Notes under the pieces: generated by a model | Seen by the model: the letters and a program-made list of their open reading frames with translations, nothing else | Told to the model about the DNA's origin: nothing | Database searches by the model: none | Translations under genes and position numbers: made by a program | Shown: piece by piece, positions 63,191-64,000 of the stretch | How positions within the stretch are numbered: the first letter of the stretch is position 1 | Layout of the letters: every line of letters starts with the position of its first letter | Assembly (NCBI GenBank): GCA_034676805.1 | Contig: JAXDDO010000006.1 | Location: 9,305-73,304 of the forward strand | Direction: 5' to 3' | DNA from: Anaerolineae bacterium | GTDB lineage: Bacteria; Chloroflexota; Anaerolineae; B4-G1; SLSP01 | DNA length: 64,000 nucleotides

Positions 63191-64000
63191 ATGAGAATCG
63201 TCTATCTTCGTGCCCCCCATCTGCCGGTGCAGGTGGAGCGCCGGCGGCTGGGCAAGGAGACCGGCCCCTTGATCGTCGGGGGGCGTCCGTGGGATTCGAC
63301 AGTCGTTTTGGATTGCTGCGCGCAGGCAGAGGCTGCCGGCGTAACGCCCGGCATGCCCCTGGCACGGGCGGCGCTGCGCTGCCCGGAGGCGCGCTTTCTG
63401 CCTGCCGATCACGCGGCCTATCAGGAGGCCCACGAACAACTGGAGGCCGCCCTGCGGCAGTTTACGGACCGTGTCGAGACGGAGGGGCTGGGGATCTTGC
63501 TCGTCGAGACAACCCAGCTCTCCCGGCGCTTTCCCGAGGGCGAAGCGTTGGCAAAAGCCATGATTGCTGCGATTCACGACGCGAGCCCTATTGAGGTCAA
63601 GCTGGGCCTGGCGGAGCGGCGCTACACGGCAGAGCAAGCGGCGTTGGCAGCCCGCCCCAATGACGCCGTGATCGTGCCGCCACAGCGGGATCGGGCCTTT
63701 CTGGCGGGGCTGCCCCTGACGGCGCTGCCGGCCGAGACGGAGATCCTGCGACGGCTGGATCTCCTGGGCATTCACACCCTGAGCGGCCTTGCCGCGCTCC
63801 CGCGCCTGGCACTGATCAGGCAGTTTGGGACGCAAGCCGGCTTTCTCCACGACCTGGCCTCGGGGCGCGACCCCCGCCCGGTTATGCCCGATGCCCCGCC
63901 GCTGGAGCTGCGTCATAGCCACGCTTTGGAGCCGCCAGCGACCGACAGTGCCCTCCTGTTGGCCATAGGCCGCCGGCTGGCGACCGCCCTGGCACGGACC
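63191..64000 (+). CDS. imuB: ImuB-like Y-family DNA polymerase homologue (catalytic acidic residues absent), 3' end outside the window
   Basis: Frame is open from ATG 63191 to the window end (270 codons) and is not in the supplied track because no stop is reached. The translation MRIVYLRAPHLPVQVE...GVTPGMPLARA... is Y-family-like, but the DinB D-x-D at the N-terminus is replaced by L-R-A. It is preceded by an SOS box. Confidence 0.7.
   Translation, partial: MRIVYLRAPHLPVQVERRRLGKETGPLIVGGRPWDSTVVLDCCAQAEAAGVTPGMPLARAALRCPEARFLPADHAAYQEAHEQLEAALRQFTDRVETEGLGILLVETTQLSRRFPEGEALAKAMIAAIHDASPIEVKLGLAERRYTAEQAALAARPNDAVIVPPQRDRAFLAGLPLTALPAETEILRRLDLLGIHTLSGLAALPRLALIRQFGTQAGFLHDLASGRDPRPVMPDAPPLELRHSHALEPPATDSALLLAIGRRLATALART

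Noticed and set aside
1-64000. Search for CRISPR repeats, tRNA/rRNA genes, transposases, integrases, phage genes, toxin-antitoxin pairs or known defence-system signatures
   Set aside because: No regularly spaced direct repeats, no tRNA-like T-arm/acceptor patterns, no DDE/tyrosine-recombinase-like ORFs and no terminal inverted repeats were seen by eye. GC content is uniform apart from short AT-rich promoter patches. A computational scan (tRNAscan, Infernal, ISEScan, DefenseFinder) would be needed to be definitive.

Overview
About 65% GC bacterial chromosomal DNA, densely coding, with strong GGAGG-type ribosome-binding sites. No rRNA, tRNA, CRISPR array, transposase or integrase could be recognised. 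Three features point to a high-GC monoderm lineage, plausibly Chloroflexota (Thermomicrobia-like): the lipoprotein PstS with a Pro/Thr/Ala linker, the GAAC-N4-GTTC SOS box, and the overall gene content. This placement is inference only. Gene content in order: (1) pxpA(partial)-pxpB-pxpC 5-oxoprolinase. (2) A flavin reductase/FAD-oxidoreductase pair, an SDR, an RDD protein and a large membrane protein with Asp-box motifs. (3) arsC divergent from a pstSCAB phosphate-uptake operon with phased Pho-box-like repeats, no phoU, and a convergent PhoR/PhoP-like two-component pair preceded by galT. (4) A roughly 46 kb catabolic island (16.7-63 kb) made of several tight operons. Its operons are: LarA-like racemase + alpha/beta hydrolase + ManD-like enolase + mutarotase-like protein + Gfo/Idh/MocA oxidoreductase; GH31; hydantoinase-like ATPase + GNAT + YhfC protease + GH38 + Eis-like GNAT + GH2; glutaredoxin-like + MtaA/UroD-like + SMP-30 + Eis-like GNAT + epimerase; MFS + NagA + DegT + DppA + ceramidase-like protein; amidohydrolase lactonase + AKR + enolase + RraA-like protein; ADP-ribosylglycohydrolase; GH2; GH5-like + PL22-like + a divergent transcarbamylase; and LacI + AKR + unknown membrane-anchored protein + glycyl radical enzyme. 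(5) An SOS box followed by a partial imuB-like inactive Y-family polymerase gene. The most unusual items are the glycyl radical enzyme, the STRTR-less transcarbamylase homologue, the LarA-centred sugar-acid operon, and the two mixed glycosidase/amide-hydrolase/acetyltransferase operons. The glycyl radical enzyme has active-site residues matching hydroxyproline dehydratase (from memory), has no activase in the window, and is coupled to an unknown membrane protein. Many long ORFs in the supplied track are antisense or out-of-frame shadow ORFs typical of high-GC DNA and were not called. All family assignments come from reading motifs by eye; no database search was run.
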